Positions 44,633 through 55,898 of a stretch of DNA of 64,000 bases are shown piece by piece; the stretch's first letter is position 1, and every line of letters starts with the position of its first letter. The stretch is from an uncultured Acidobacteriota bacterium (GTDB lineage Bacteria > Acidobacteriota > Terriglobia > UBA7540), in assembly GCA_963804995.1 (NCBI GenBank), contig CAWDSK010000001.1:256001-320000 (forward strand), in the 5' to 3' direction. The translations under genes and the position numbers were made by a program. The notes under the pieces are model-generated. The model saw only the letters and a program-made list of their open reading frames with translations. It was not told where the DNA came from and made no database searches.

Positions 44633-45262
44633 ATGGCCGAAATCCTCAAGCTGGAAAACGATTCTCTCGATTACGTTTTGGAATACACGGTCCAGCTCAT
44701 CCTGCGCGGAAAGGTGGTGGCTGTTCCCACGGATACCTTCTACGGTTTGAGCGCTGACCCTTTCAACCTGGCAGCCGTGAGTGAAATCTTTCGCATCAAG
44801 CGCCGCACCTCGGACCGGCCCCTGCCCCTGCTGGTAGATTCCATCGACCAGGCCGTGGATCTTGCCAATGATCCCCCCAAGTTGTTTTTCACGCTGGCAC
44901 AGAAATTCTGGCCGGGCCCTCTCACGCTGATTGTTCCTGCCTCACGACAAATTCCGCTCAAAGTAACTGCGAATACGGGCAAGGTCGGATTGCGCTGGCC
45001 CCTGGCGCCCTTTGCTGTCGCCCTGGTCGCCGCGGCGGGCTGCCCTCTGACCGGTACCAGCGCCAACGTCTCCGACATGCCCGCCTGCTCAACTGCTGAT
45101 GAGGTTGACTGCCAAATCGGCAACGTTGTGCCGCTCATCCTGGATGGAGGCTTGACCCGCGGCGGATTGGCTTCGACGGTTGTCGAATTGACGGGTGAAA
45201 CCGGCCACATCGTTCGGCATGGCGGCATTCTGGAGTCAGAGTTAAAGGAGTTTCTCGGCTGA
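44633..45262 (+). CDS. tsaC: L-threonylcarbamoyladenylate synthase (YrdC/TsaC)
   Basis: VAVPTDTFYGL, IKRR, FWPGPLTL, TGTSANVS. Confidence 0.93.
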   Translation: MAEILKLENDSLDYVLEYTVQLILRGKVVAVPTDTFYGLSADPFNLAAVSEIFRIKRRTSDRPLPLLVDSIDQAVDLANDPPKLFFTLAQKFWPGPLTLIVPASRQIPLKVTANTGKVGLRWPLAPFAVALVAAAGCPLTGTSANVSDMPACSTADEVDCQIGNVVPLILDGGLTRGGLASTVVELTGETGHIVRHGGILESELKEFLG

Positions 45263-45291
45263 TTTCTCGTCGCATCCGTTACGGATTTCTC

Positions 45292-45867
45292 GTGGCAGCA
45301 TTGCTCGGGCTCGCGGCTTGCGCCTGGGCGGAGTGGTCCCTTTACACGGCAATCCGCGCGCAGGCTGGAAGCGATGAGGCACAACCCGCCGACGCGCTGG
45401 TGATCTTTGGCGCTGCGGAATATAACGGCGCACCCTCACCCGTCCTCAAGGCTCGTCTCAACCACGCCCTGGAACTCGAAAACCGCAACTTGGCGCCGGT
45501 GGTCATCACCACCGGCGGGAGTGGAGGCGATCCGCACTTCACCGAAGGCGGAGTGGCCCGCGACTACCTGATCCAACAAGGCGTGGCCGAAGCGAAAATC
45601 CTATCCGAGACGCGCAGTGATACGACCTATGAAAGCGTGAAGGCCGTCGCGCAAATCCTGCGCCAGCGCGGCGCTCACACTTGCATCGCCGTCAGCGACG
45701 GCTTTCACCTCTATCGCATCAAGCTGATGTTCGCCGCCCTGGGAATCACGACGTACGGCTCTCCCGCCCCCGAGAGTCCCATCGAGGACGACCCCACGCT
45801 GCGCACACTCTACTCCCTCCGCGAGATGGTGGTCAGTTCACTTTGGCATGTGGGGTTGAGGCTGTGA
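45292..45867 (+). CDS. YdcF/DUF218-family protein
   Basis: ADALVIFGA, PSPVLKARL, ITTGG, VSDGFHLYR; start uncertain. Confidence 0.88.
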   Translation: MAALLGLAACAWAEWSLYTAIRAQAGSDEAQPADALVIFGAAEYNGAPSPVLKARLNHALELENRNLAPVVITTGGSGGDPHFTEGGVARDYLIQQGVAEAKILSETRSDTTYESVKAVAQILRQRGAHTCIAVSDGFHLYRIKLMFAALGITTYGSPAPESPIEDDPTLRTLYSLREMVVSSLWHVGLRL

Positions 45868-46121
45868 AACGGGGCTAGGAATTGTCGATTGCCGATGGAC
45901 GATTTTCGATTGGCAAACCAAGACGAAAGAGCAGATTTACTGGGCTCGGGGCACGGGACACGGGGTACGGGATTCGTCAATCGACAATCGAAAATCGTCA
46001 ATTGTCAATCATCAATCAGCCTCGCGCTTTGCGCTTGCTAGAGCGGTTTTGATTTAAGTGCTTACATGTCCTGTGGGGCTAGCCGCGAGGACGTTGTTGC
46101 CGCGCGAAGATTTCGTGCCAG

Positions 46122-46415
46122 GGGCGTCCGAAGGTGTGAAAAAATGCAATTTTCACCGCAGATTCCCATGAGACTTCGGCTCGCCACTGTACATGAAAAT
46201 GTGCGAAGCACCTTGGAGTGCGGCGGCTCGACGCCGCCTTCGTCATCGTCCTCGGCGTAAATTCAAGGCGGCGTTGAGCCGCCGCACTCCAAGGTGCCTT
46301 TGGCACATTCATTTTCATAGCAGAGACGCTGAGACGCAGAGAAATGCCTCTTTGTTTTCAGACCTCTGCACCTTCGCGCCTCTGCGGTGAAAGTTATGCG
46401 GGGATTTTTTCACAC
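46122..46415. repeat. Inverted copy of the nested composite palindrome
   Basis: Reverse complement of ~44288-44522 over ~230 bp. Confidence 0.9.
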
Positions 46416-46559
46416 CTTCTCCCCCCCCGTGCCCGAGCACGGCCGGGACCCCGATGCATCGGGGCTGGCTGGCCGTGGCACGTCTCTGGTTGCGGCTTCG
46501 CCACGTTGTATACACTTAAATCAAAGACGCTCTAAGGTCGTGGATTCTTCCGAAGCAAT

Positions 46560-47269
46560 AAGCGCACAAGTAACCCCTCATCCGGCCTCCTACGTCAGCC
46601 ACCTTCTTCCGCCACGGCGAATCTGCGACCCCTGGGGAGAAGGCTATTATCCTATGATGATTCCGGCCGGGAGAGGGTTATCCCGTAGCGCCGACCGGCC
46701 GAATTGTAGGACCGCTCTCTGCGCATGTCGAAGCGGCAAGATACATTGATTAACAGCCCTCTCCGGGGGGAGAGGGTGGACCGCAGCCGGCGTTTTCATC
46801 AGCCGGGGCGGGACGGGTGAGGGGTCACTTGCAGGGTTGGAGCGCAAGAAGAACAAAGAGAAAGCCCAACGCTCAACCCTCCGACCCTGAAGGGGTCGCA
46901 TTAGCCTCGGCCGCGGGATGCAGGTGTCAGGTGACGCCACCCGGAATCGACCCTTTCAGGGCGGACGTTGCCTGGGACCCGCTTTCCGGTAGGTCGCGCT
47001 ACGCTTGCTTCCTATGCCTCAAGCGCACAAGTAACCCCTCATCCGTCCTCCTACGTCAGCCACCTTCTCCCCTGGGGAGAAGGCTATTATCTAATGATGA
47101 TTCCGGCCGGGAGAGGGTTATACCGTTGCGCCGATCGGCCGAATTGCAGAACCGCTCTCTGCGCATGCCGAAGCGCCAAGTTACATTGATTAACAGCCCT
47201 CTCCGGGGGGAGAGGGTGGACCGCAGCCGGCGTTTTCATCAGCCGGGGCGGGACGGGTGAGGGGTCACT
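46560..47269. repeat. Direct duplication (46560-46829, 47021-47269) of a family A composite
   Basis: Both copies start AAGCGCACAAGTAACCCCTCATCC and end GGGTGAGGGGTCACT; copy 1 has 21 extra bp. Confidence 0.9.
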
Positions 47270-47377
47270 CGCGGGTTTGGGGCGTATGAAGATTCTACGA
47301 GTTAGAAACTTAAAACCCCTAAGCCCTGCCCTTCCGCCACCCCCCTAAGAACATCGAAGCTTAGTGAGAAAGCCAGG

Positions 47378-48715
47378 TCACGGCCGCGAAATTTTGCCCA
47401 GCACCACGGCCCGGCGCGCGCCGGTCACAGAAGGCAGATTTCCGGGCAGGCCGTGCATGGTGCGGTCAGCGAGGACGGCGAAGGCGATGGCTTCCTTCGC
47501 ATCCACGGGCAGGCCGAAGGCATCGGAAAGCTGCACGCGCAGGCGGGGAAGCAGTTGGCCGAGGCGACTGACCAGCAGGTGATTGTGCGCTCCGCCGCCC
47601 GAAATGATGAGGCGGTGGATGGAGATTTTCCCAAGCACGAAGCGGTCCAGCGCGTCGGCGATCGTACGGGCGGTTAACTCCGTGGCGGTGCGGAGTAAAT
47701 CTTCCGGCCGCGCACCGCGCCGCTTGAGGAAGTATTGCTTGAGGAAGTGCTGGCCGAATTGTTCGCGCCCCGCACTCTTGGGCGGCTGCTGGGCAAAGAA
47801 GGGCAGGCGCAGCATCTCCGCCAACAGGGGTTCGAGCACTCGCCCTCGCCCTGCCCATCGTCCCCCGGCATCATAAGTCTTTTCACCCTTTGTGAAATAC
47901 CGGACGAGTCCATCGATAAGCATATTTCCGGGCCCCGTGTCGAAGCCAAAAACCTGTTCGGGCCTGGCGCCGGCGGGAATCACGGTGAAGTTGGCGATGC
48001 CGCCGATGTTGAGCGCCACCATCCCGCGCCGCGCGTCATGCAATAGGATGTAATCGACCAGCGGCACCAGCGGCGCGCCTTGCCCTCCCGCGGCCACGTC
48101 GGCGGTGCGAAAATCCGCCACCACCTGCGCGCCGGTGCGCTCCGCGATGACCGCCGCCTCACCAATTTGCAGCGTGTTGCGCATCAGGGAGAGGAACTCC
48201 GTAGCCTTGAACCGCTCCTGCACCATGGGCACGGACATCATGCTGAAGCCGACTCCATGCCTTTTGCTTCGCACCAGGTTCCGTGCCAGCCGGGTGGCCA
48301 CGGCTTTCAGCTCCACCTTGTGCTCTCTGGCAAATGCCATATAGCGCCGAGACATGGTGTATGAGGGCGCGCCACGGTGGAAAATCGTCTGGCCGTGTGA
48401 GCCGATGGCGAAAAGTTTCTTGGGTTGTACGTTCGCTTCGAGACAGAGCAGGAGGGCGGCCTCAGCGAAGGTGACGCCCAGAAAGGTATTGAGCTGGCTG
48501 ATTTCCTCGGCCGTGGTTGAATCTCCGCTGGCTACCGCGAGCAGCCTCTCGCGCGTCCAGTCGGGATAAGGATAGGTTTCAAAAGCCAGTAGGCGCACGC
48601 GCGGCTCGGTCGCCGGCCCTGAGATGCGCACCAGCGCCGCGTCGACGCCGTCCATCGACGTGCCGGAAAGCAATCCCACCACCAAGCGAGACCCGCGCGA
48701 CTGTTGTTCAGGCAA
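47378..48715 (-). CDS. anmK: Anhydro-N-acetylmuramic acid kinase
   Basis: GLLSGTSMDGVD, GSHGQTIFH, GGQGAPLVP, LNIGGIAN, FDTGPGN, PKSAGREQF. Confidence 0.95.
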   Translation of the reverse strand: MPEQQSRGSRLVVGLLSGTSMDGVDAALVRISGPATEPRVRLLAFETYPYPDWTRERLLAVASGDSTTAEEISQLNTFLGVTFAEAALLLCLEANVQPKKLFAIGSHGQTIFHRGAPSYTMSRRYMAFAREHKVELKAVATRLARNLVRSKRHGVGFSMMSVPMVQERFKATEFLSLMRNTLQIGEAAVIAERTGAQVVADFRTADVAAGGQGAPLVPLVDYILLHDARRGMVALNIGGIANFTVIPAGARPEQVFGFDTGPGNMLIDGLVRYFTKGEKTYDAGGRWAGRGRVLEPLLAEMLRLPFFAQQPPKSAGREQFGQHFLKQYFLKRRGARPEDLLRTATELTARTIADALDRFVLGKISIHRLIISGGGAHNHLLVSRLGQLLPRLRVQLSDAFGLPVDAKEAIAFAVLADRTMHGLPGNLPSVTGARRAVVLGKISRP

Positions 48716-48833
48716 TCTTCAGCTCCTCTGTAAGGTTCAGGCTCGATACTCCACTCATAAATTCGGCCCCAGGCGAATGCTAACCTAGCGTGGCGCTGGG
48801 CCGCAACCGAAGAAGGATTTCACCCAAGAAGGA

Positions 48834-48960
<127 letters not shown>

Positions 48961-48998
48961 TCTTTTCTTCGAGGTGTTACAAGAACTTCAGATTTCGA

Positions 48999-50259
48999 TC
49001 ATCGACCGGCGGAACTGAACTCCTCGAACCGCCGGACCAGCCGCTGCCAGTCGGTTTTGGAGAACTGACCACGCGCAGGACGCATTCCCATCTTGACGGC
49101 GTGAATCCGCTTGAGTGTTTGGTCCCAGCGCTCGCGCGGGAGCTTGCCGGATTCGAGCGCCGCTTCGATTCCCCGTTCCATCTCTTGCCACGACTCCTCT
49201 TTTTCAACCAGAAGCAGGTCGCATCCGGCGTTGACGGCCTGAGCCGCGGCACGGCCCAAATCCAGAACCCCTCTCACGGTCGGAGATTCTAGCTCCGGCG
49301 CGATGACCACTCCCCGGTAGCGGAGCTTGGTGCGGAGCAATCCTTCCACAACTTGCTTCGAGAGCGCCGCCGCGAGCGGGTAATCAAAGTCGTAGGCCTT
49401 GTACGCGGCGGTGCTCATCATGACCATGGGAAGCCGCTCCAACAGTTCGCGATAGGGAACCAGGTCGTAGGCCCAAAGCCCGGCCATCGACCGCCCGCTG
49501 ACCGGCAACTCGCTGCGGGGGGCGGGGTGAGAGGAGCTAGTGTGGTGTCCCGTGTAAGAGTTGACAATGGGTAGAACCCCCTCACCCGTCTGGCCTCGGC
49601 TGATGAGAACGCCTCGGCCAGCCACCCTCTCCCCCAAAGGGGCGAGGGCAAGAACATTAACTCTCCCCTCGCCCCTTTGGGGGAGAGGGGTTGGGGGGTG
49701 AGGGGGTCGGCCAGCCTTGTCAAATACTAACCGGGACACCACGCTGGCCAGCCCCGGGAAATGCTTCGCGCACGCCAGAATCTTGTGCCGTTCAAGACCT
49801 TCGACAAAAAACCATCCGCACTGAGCCACTTGCCTGGGATCCTCGCTGAAGGTGTGTGCGCTATGGGTTTCTTCCAATGTCAGGTCGAGCCCGGGCGCGA
49901 AGATGGTATTAAATCCGAGCAGCTTAAGTGCCTCACCGATCAGTTCGCCTGCTTGACGAGCAGCACGCTGACCCCTCGCTCCGATTTCGCGCGGCGAGGG
50001 CAGCGGAGGCAGCAAAGCGGAGAGCGGATTTGCACCGCCGCCCCCGGGATCAATGGCCAGGAACGGTGCGACCGGTAGGCTGGCAGAGATTCGATTGAGC
50101 AAATCGCGGAGTGCATCCGGCGAGTCAGGGAGTGGCCCCGCAATCAAAATGCCACCCGGAGCGAGAGTCTGAAGATGCCGCTCGAGAGGAACTCCAGCGC
50201 GGTCCGGCAAGCCGCAACATCAGCAGGTCGCCCGTAGGGTTCTGGGGTGGCGAATTCAT
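48999..50259 (-). CDS. NagZ-like GH3 N-terminal-domain protein, degenerate; in-frame MITE; frameshift near 50190
   Basis: [38 protein letters not shown] 50259 overlaps the mutS stop; upstream of anmK. Confidence 0.75.
49537..49747. mobile_element. MITE family C inserted in frame (207 bp) in the nagZ-like gene
   Basis: CTAG-TGTGGTGTCC ... GGACACCACG-CTGG; carries a family A palindrome. Confidence 0.8.
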
Positions 50260-52874
50260 GATTGAATCTGTTTTTTCAATTCCGCCAGAAGGTTCAATGC
50301 GTCAAGCGGCTTCAGGTTGTCGAGGTCCGCATTCTCGATCGCCTTCACCACCTCGGCGTTGAGCGGCGTGAAGATGGTGAGCTGCACCGGGCCGGTTTCA
50401 GGCGCGTCTTTGTGGGCGGCCAATCGTTCGCTCAGACTGTGCTCACTCTGCTCGTGGCGCGTCAGGATTTCGCGCGCCCGCTCGATGACCGTGTTAGGCA
50501 GGCCGGCCAGACGCGCCACTTCAATCCCATAACTCTTATCTGCGCTGCCCGGCTCGACTTTGCGCAGGAAAATGATATTCGATCCCGATTCCTTTACCGA
50601 CACGTGATAGTTCTTGACGCCGGGAAGCAACTCCGCCAGCTCCGTCAACTCGTGGTAGTGCGTCGCGAAAAGCGTTTTGGCGCGCGTGTGCGTCAGCAGG
50701 TACTCGACCACCGCCCAGGCAATCGAGAGGCCGTCAAAAGTCGCTGTGCCGCGCCCCACTTCGTCGAGCAGCACCAGGCTGCGTGGCGTGGCGGTATTTA
50801 AAATAGTGGCCGCCTCCGTCATCTCCACCATAAAAGTCGAGCGGCCGCGCGCCAGGTTGTCAGAGGCGCCGATGCGCGTGAAGATGCGGTCAAAGATGGG
50901 AAGCTTGGCGCGCGCGGCGGGCACAAAGCTGCCCATCTGCGCCATCAGTGCGATCTGCGCGGCCTGGCGCAAGTAGGTTGATTTGCCGCCCATGTTCGGC
51001 CCGGTAACGATCAGCAGCAGGTCGGCCTTGCCATTCATGTAAAGGTCGTTGGGAATGAACTTGCCGGCTTGGCCTTCCTCGACGATGCGCTCGATGACCG
51101 GGTGGCGCCCGTGCTGGATAACCAATTCGCCGTCGTCAGAAAATTCCGGGCGGCGGTATTCGCGCTCCGCGGCGAGGTGCGCGAAGCAGGCGAGCACGTC
51201 AAGCTCCGCCAGCACCGCGGCGGTCTGGCGAATGCGTGTTGCTTCTTGGGCCACCTGGCGGCGAACGTTGGCGAAGAGATCGCGTTCCAGCGCGTGGCTG
51301 CGCTCCTCCGCATCCAGGATTTTGGCTTCCAGCTCCTTCAGCTCCGGCGTCGTGAAGCGCTCTGCGTTGACCAGCGTCTGCTTGCGTTCGTAATCGGCGG
51401 GCGCCAGGTGCAGATTGGCTTTGGAGATTTCGATGTAATAGCCGAAGACGTTGTTGAAGCGCACCTTCAGCGAAGCAATGCCGGAGCGCTCACGCTCCCG
51501 GATTTCGATCTGGGCAAGCAAGCGCTTGGAGTTCTGACTGAGGTCGCGCAGTTCGTCGAGCTCGGCGTGGAAGCCCGGGCGAATCAAGCCGCCTTCGTTC
51601 AGGACCACGGGGGGCTCAGGATGAATCGACTTTTCCAGCAGCTCATAGACATCCGTCAACTCATCGAATTGCGAGTGCAGCACACCGATGCGAGGCGCCT
51701 GGAAATGCGTAAGGTAAGTTCGCAGGATGGGCAGCGGGCGGAGCGATTGCTTGAGTGCCAGGAGGTCTCGGGCGTTGGCGGTCTCGAGCGTGATCTTGCT
51801 GAGCAGTCGCTCCAGGTCTTGAATCGCGCCCAGCACGCGCCGCAACTCTTCGCGCGCAATGGTATTCTTCGCCAGCTCTTCCACCGCATCCAGGCGCGCG
51901 TTGAGCTCAGCCCGGTCAAGAGAAGGCCGCAGCATCCAGGCCTTGAGTTTGCGCGCTCCGAGCGACGTGGCGCAATCGTCGAGAACCCCGAGCAGTGTGG
52001 AAGCGCGCGATTCACCAAACGCCGGCTCCACCAGTTCCAGGTTGCGCAACGTGGCGGGATCAAGCAGCAGCGAGTCCTGCTGTTGATAGAAGCGGATGCC
52101 ATCCAGATGCGCCAGCGAGCCACGCTGCGTTTCACGCACGTAATGGAGAATGGCGCCCGCGGCAGCAACAGCCAGCGGATGGCCCTCCAACCCGTAGCCT
52201 GCCAGTGTCGCTACGCGGAAATGATCACGCAGCAGACGCGCGCCGTACTCCTCGGCGAACACCCATTCATCGAGCGGTGTTTGCGTGACGATGGAACTTG
52301 CTCCCGCGCGGCTCTCGAGCGGACTCGAAGCGCCTGAAGCGAGCAGCAGTTCGCTTGGCCGCATGCGATCAAGCTCATCTTCGAGGCGTGTCGTGGATTC
52401 TGCGCCGCTAAACTCTGTGGCGCGAAAGTCTCCGGTTGAGAGGTCCACCAGCGCCAGTCCTGCAGCACCGTCGCGCCGCAGCACGGCAGCCAGATAGTTG
52501 TTTTCACGCGGCTCGAGGACTTGCGAATCGATTAACGTCCCGGGCGTCACTACACGCGTCACTTCGCGCTTCACCAGCTTCTTCGCCACGCGCGGGTCTT
52601 CCATCTGATCGCAAATGGCCACGCGAAATCCACGCCGAATGAGCTTGGCGATGTAACCCTCGGCGGCGTGATAAGGCACTCCGCACATGGGGATCGCCAC
52701 GCCCTTTTCCTTGTTGCGGGAAGTGAGCGTGATTTGCAATTCCTTCGCAGCCACCACAGCGTCTTCAAAAAACAGTTCGTAGAAATCGCCCAGGCGGAAG
52801 AACAGCAGAGCGCTGGGGTGGCGCTGCTTGATGGCGCTGTATTGCCGCATGAGCGGTGTGGAGAATTCTTCCAT
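50256..52874 (-). CDS. mutS: DNA mismatch repair protein MutS
   Basis: [49 protein letters not shown]. Confidence 0.98.
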   Translation of the reverse strand: MEEFSTPLMRQYSAIKQRHPSALLFFRLGDFYELFFEDAVVAAKELQITLTSRNKEKGVAIPMCGVPYHAAEGYIAKLIRRGFRVAICDQMEDPRVAKKLVKREVTRVVTPGTLIDSQVLEPRENNYLAAVLRRDGAAGLALVDLSTGDFRATEFSGAESTTRLEDELDRMRPSELLLASGASSPLESRAGASSIVTQTPLDEWVFAEEYGARLLRDHFRVATLAGYGLEGHPLAVAAAGAILHYVRETQRGSLAHLDGIRFYQQQDSLLLDPATLRNLELVEPAFGESRASTLLGVLDDCATSLGARKLKAWMLRPSLDRAELNARLDAVEELAKNTIAREELRRVLGAIQDLERLLSKITLETANARDLLALKQSLRPLPILRTYLTHFQAPRIGVLHSQFDELTDVYELLEKSIHPEPPVVLNEGGLIRPGFHAELDELRDLSQNSKRLLAQIEIRERERSGIASLKVRFNNVFGYYIEISKANLHLAPADYERKQTLVNAERFTTPELKELEAKILDAEERSHALERDLFANVRRQVAQEATRIRQTAAVLAELDVLACFAHLAAEREYRRPEFSDDGELVIQHGRHPVIERIVEEGQAGKFIPNDLYMNGKADLLLIVTGPNMGGKSTYLRQAAQIALMAQMGSFVPAARAKLPIFDRIFTRIGASDNLARGRSTFMVEMTEAATILNTATPRSLVLLDEVGRGTATFDGLSIAWAVVEYLLTHTRAKTLFATHYHELTELAELLPGVKNYHVSVKESGSNIIFLRKVEPGSADKSYGIEVARLAGLPNTVIERAREILTRHEQSEHSLSERLAAHKDAPETGPVQLTIFTPLNAEVVKAIENADLDNLKPLDALNLLAELKKQIQS

Positions 52875-53367
52875 GGGTGTGGGGGACTTGCGCGTTCATT
52901 ATAGCCTGCTGGGTGAAGGAACTCGCAAGGGGGTTTTGGGGTAGTGGGGTTTTTGGTGGGACTACGGTCGCTACGCCCCTCGTGGCGCAATATCTGGGAC
53001 AAGGAATTTCCATAAACGGTAATTTTGTCTCTGGGTGACTAGAGGGTGAACTGGGACAAAGGGCACCGGTTTGGGGGTAAAATCGGACTTTTTAGCCCTC
53101 ACAGCAGCGGCGAATTGTCGGTTCAGTCGCCCCGGGGCGGTCGGGCTTTATGGCAGATATATCGGACAAAATGTCCTTGAATGGGTAGTAACCTGCCTTC
53201 AGAGACTTCTCCCGCTGGAGCGCCCATGCATTATCTATTATGGCTATGTATGGTTTTACCCATGGTGCACGCCTGGGCTCGGGTGGGGATTGCTGAAATA
53301 ATCACCGCAGCGCAAGCGGACCTAAACCAACAGTTCCTCGCGACACTTGCTCGCTGCGATTGTAGTC

Positions 53368-54012
53368 TCACTTCCAGCGAGCACTGTGTTCCTCCAATGC
53401 AATCCGGACGAGCTGGCTGCGGGTTCGCACGCCGGTTTTCTGGAAGAGTTGCTGCAGGGCAGCTTTCACCGAGCTCTCCGAGACATTGAGCCGCGCCCCA
53501 ATTTCCTTATTGCTCAGGCCCTCAAACACACCTTGCAACACTTGGCTCTCCCGTTCGGTGAAGGGCCGCGCCGGACCCGGTTTCCCTGGACGCTTGGCGG
53601 CCTCGACCAGCGCCTGGATGGAGCTCTCATCCAGCCAGGTCCCGCCCGCCATGACCTTGCGAATGGCCTGGGTGAGGACCAGCGGCGAACTGTGTTTGAG
53701 GAAGATTCCGCTGACGCCCAGACCGAGGGCCTGCACGGATTCCGCCTCACTCATCCCCGCCGTGACCATGAGGAATCGCCCCAAAAAGCCGCACTGCCGG
53801 GCCTGGATAATGAACTCAAAGCCGCGCTCCTTGCCGAGATCATAGTCCAGCAAGACGAGATCAATGGGTTTCTGGCGCAGGATATTGGTGGCTTCACCGA
53901 CCGATGCGCAACAAGCGGCCATCTCAAAATCTGGCTCACCCTCCAACAGCCGGCTGAGCCCCTCGCGGAAGAGAGCGTGATCGTCCAGCAAAAGGATCCT
54001 GATTTTATCCAT
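53368..54012 (-). CDS. NarL/LuxR-family response regulator
   Basis: LLDDHALFREGL REC; FTERESQVL..GLSNKEIG HTH. Confidence 0.95.
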   Translation of the reverse strand: MDKIRILLLDDHALFREGLSRLLEGEPDFEMAACCASVGEATNILRQKPIDLVLLDYDLGKERGFEFIIQARQCGFLGRFLMVTAGMSEAESVQALGLGVSGIFLKHSSPLVLTQAIRKVMAGGTWLDESSIQALVEAAKRPGKPGPARPFTERESQVLQGVFEGLSNKEIGARLNVSESSVKAALQQLFQKTGVRTRSQLVRIALEEHSARWK

Positions 54013-55426
54013 GCGTTTCTGGTGCTTCCTCCTCGTCCCCTAAGTCCGCGAAAGGCAGGAGGTCAATTGCGAAGCAGCAACCCGCGGATTCCGGTTCGTA
54101 GCGGAGGTCACCCTTGAATGTCCTCACCAAAGCCCGCGAGAGGTACAACCCCAGTCCTGTGGCTTCCGCCCCTTGCTGAAACGGCTGAAAAAGACGGTCA
54201 GGGTTGGGAACGCCGCGGCCCGTATCGCGGACCCGCACCACCACCCATCCATCTTCCACGCACGCACTGACGGTCAACTCCATCCGCTCCTGGTCCCGCA
54301 TGGCGCGCTGGCTGTTCTTGGTGAGGTTCAGAAGCGCTTGTAAAAGATTATGGCGGTCTGCCCATACCCGGGGCAAGTCTTTGGGAACGTCCCAGTTGAC
54401 CCGCACGCCCGACTCTCGCAAGGGAAGCTCGGTGACGATGCGCAACTCGTCCAGGACGGAGCCCACGTCCACACTCGCCAGATCCTCCCTCCCCACACTC
54501 TGTCCAAGTTCCAGCGTGGCGATTCTTCCCAGCCCTTCCACCAGGTCTCCGAGAGCCCGGAAGTCCTCACCCTGTATCAGCTCGCGCTTACGAGACAGGT
54601 TTTCGTAAACCACAGAAATGGCGCCGCAGACGTTGCGGATTTCGTGCGATACGGCCCCTACGGCCAGGCGCGACGCAATCAGAAGGTGATGGAGGCTGGA
54701 TTCCTCCTGGTCGCGAAGATCCTCGGAGCCATCCACCAGCATCGCCGCCAGCCTGGGCCCGGCGCTGGTGGTGTAAGTGGAAAACCAAACGTCCGCGAGA
54801 AACACATCCCCATTCTGGCGCCGGCCACTGCATTGCATCGCGGTGCGGAAGGTGGGCGTGGATTCGTCGGCGGGAGGGACCCTGGCCAAGGGGGGGAGAA
54901 ATTCCTGGATGAATTCGCCCGGCAGGGTCCCACGCTCAAAGCCCAGCAAGCGATGCGCAGCCTGATTGGCCATCAAAATCTTGCCGGCAGAATCCACCGT
55001 CAGAATAGCGGCAGGGCTGCTTTCGATGAGAGCCTGCAATTGCTGCTCAGCGTCGCGCCGCAGCATGGCCTCCTGCTCGACTTCCTGGACGTGCTGCGCG
55101 GTCAGTCGCCGGTTTCGGGCGGATTCGTAAGCGAAGAGCCCCGCGCCGAAATAGGCGGCGAACATGAAAAGATCGCGCGGCACTCCGGCGGCGGGCTCCC
55201 AGGGAAAGGGATCGAACAATTCCGCCAGAAAAGTACAGAGGCCTCCCACCAACGCCACCTGCCAGCGCGGCAGGCAACTTCCCACAATCAGCATCGGGAA
55301 AAGATAGAGAAAGCCGAAAGAGACGTTCAGATCGACGCGCCAATCGATCAGGGCCACGATCAAGATCAAGGTCGTGGCGACCAGAAGAAGCTTGGTGCGG
55401 CTTAACCGTAGAAAGAACGAAAGCAT
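54005..55426 (-). CDS. Membrane PAS-domain sensor histidine kinase
   Basis: TM helices, PAS (ESSPAAILTVD), SHEIRN, LLNLTKN, TGLGL. Confidence 0.92.
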   Translation of the reverse strand: MLSFFLRLSRTKLLLVATTLILIVALIDWRVDLNVSFGFLYLFPMLIVGSCLPRWQVALVGGLCTFLAELFDPFPWEPAAGVPRDLFMFAAYFGAGLFAYESARNRRLTAQHVQEVEQEAMLRRDAEQQLQALIESSPAAILTVDSAGKILMANQAAHRLLGFERGTLPGEFIQEFLPPLARVPPADESTPTFRTAMQCSGRRQNGDVFLADVWFSTYTTSAGPRLAAMLVDGSEDLRDQEESSLHHLLIASRLAVGAVSHEIRNVCGAISVVYENLSRKRELIQGEDFRALGDLVEGLGRIATLELGQSVGREDLASVDVGSVLDELRIVTELPLRESGVRVNWDVPKDLPRVWADRHNLLQALLNLTKNSQRAMRDQERMELTVSACVEDGWVVVRVRDTGRGVPNPDRLFQPFQQGAEATGLGLYLSRALVRTFKGDLRYEPESAGCCFAIDLLPFADLGDEEEAPETHG

Positions 55427-55898
55427 TTCGCCTTCACCCGCAGGATGCCTGACTACGCTTTGGTGCGAAACCGACCCACCGCTGTTGGCAATTCTATCAA
55501 AACACAAGGCAACCGCAGCAGTGATGGCCAAAAGATAGGCTCGGGCCAGCCGAAAGATAGTGTCCAGGAGATAGGCCGGGATGCCCGGAAGATAACTGGA
55601 ACACCACCGGGCCGGGCCTTACCCTTGTAGGTTGGCTCCATAGCAACGCCGCCTCGGGCAATCACTCCGGCGGGGGCCGGTAACCATCCCGGCGCCCCCC
55701 GGTAACCACCCCGTCGCTCGGCGCGCCACCCCTCCTAAATCAGGAGGGGAGTTCCGCTATAAGACTCCCCTCCTCAGATGAGGAGGGGTGGTGCGCTGAG
55801 CGTCGGGGTGGTGCTGATATGAGGATGCTGGCCAAAGGAAGGAAGATGTTCTGCAGGTGCACGACCGGGAAACATCTGTGAACCCAGGAGACTGATCC

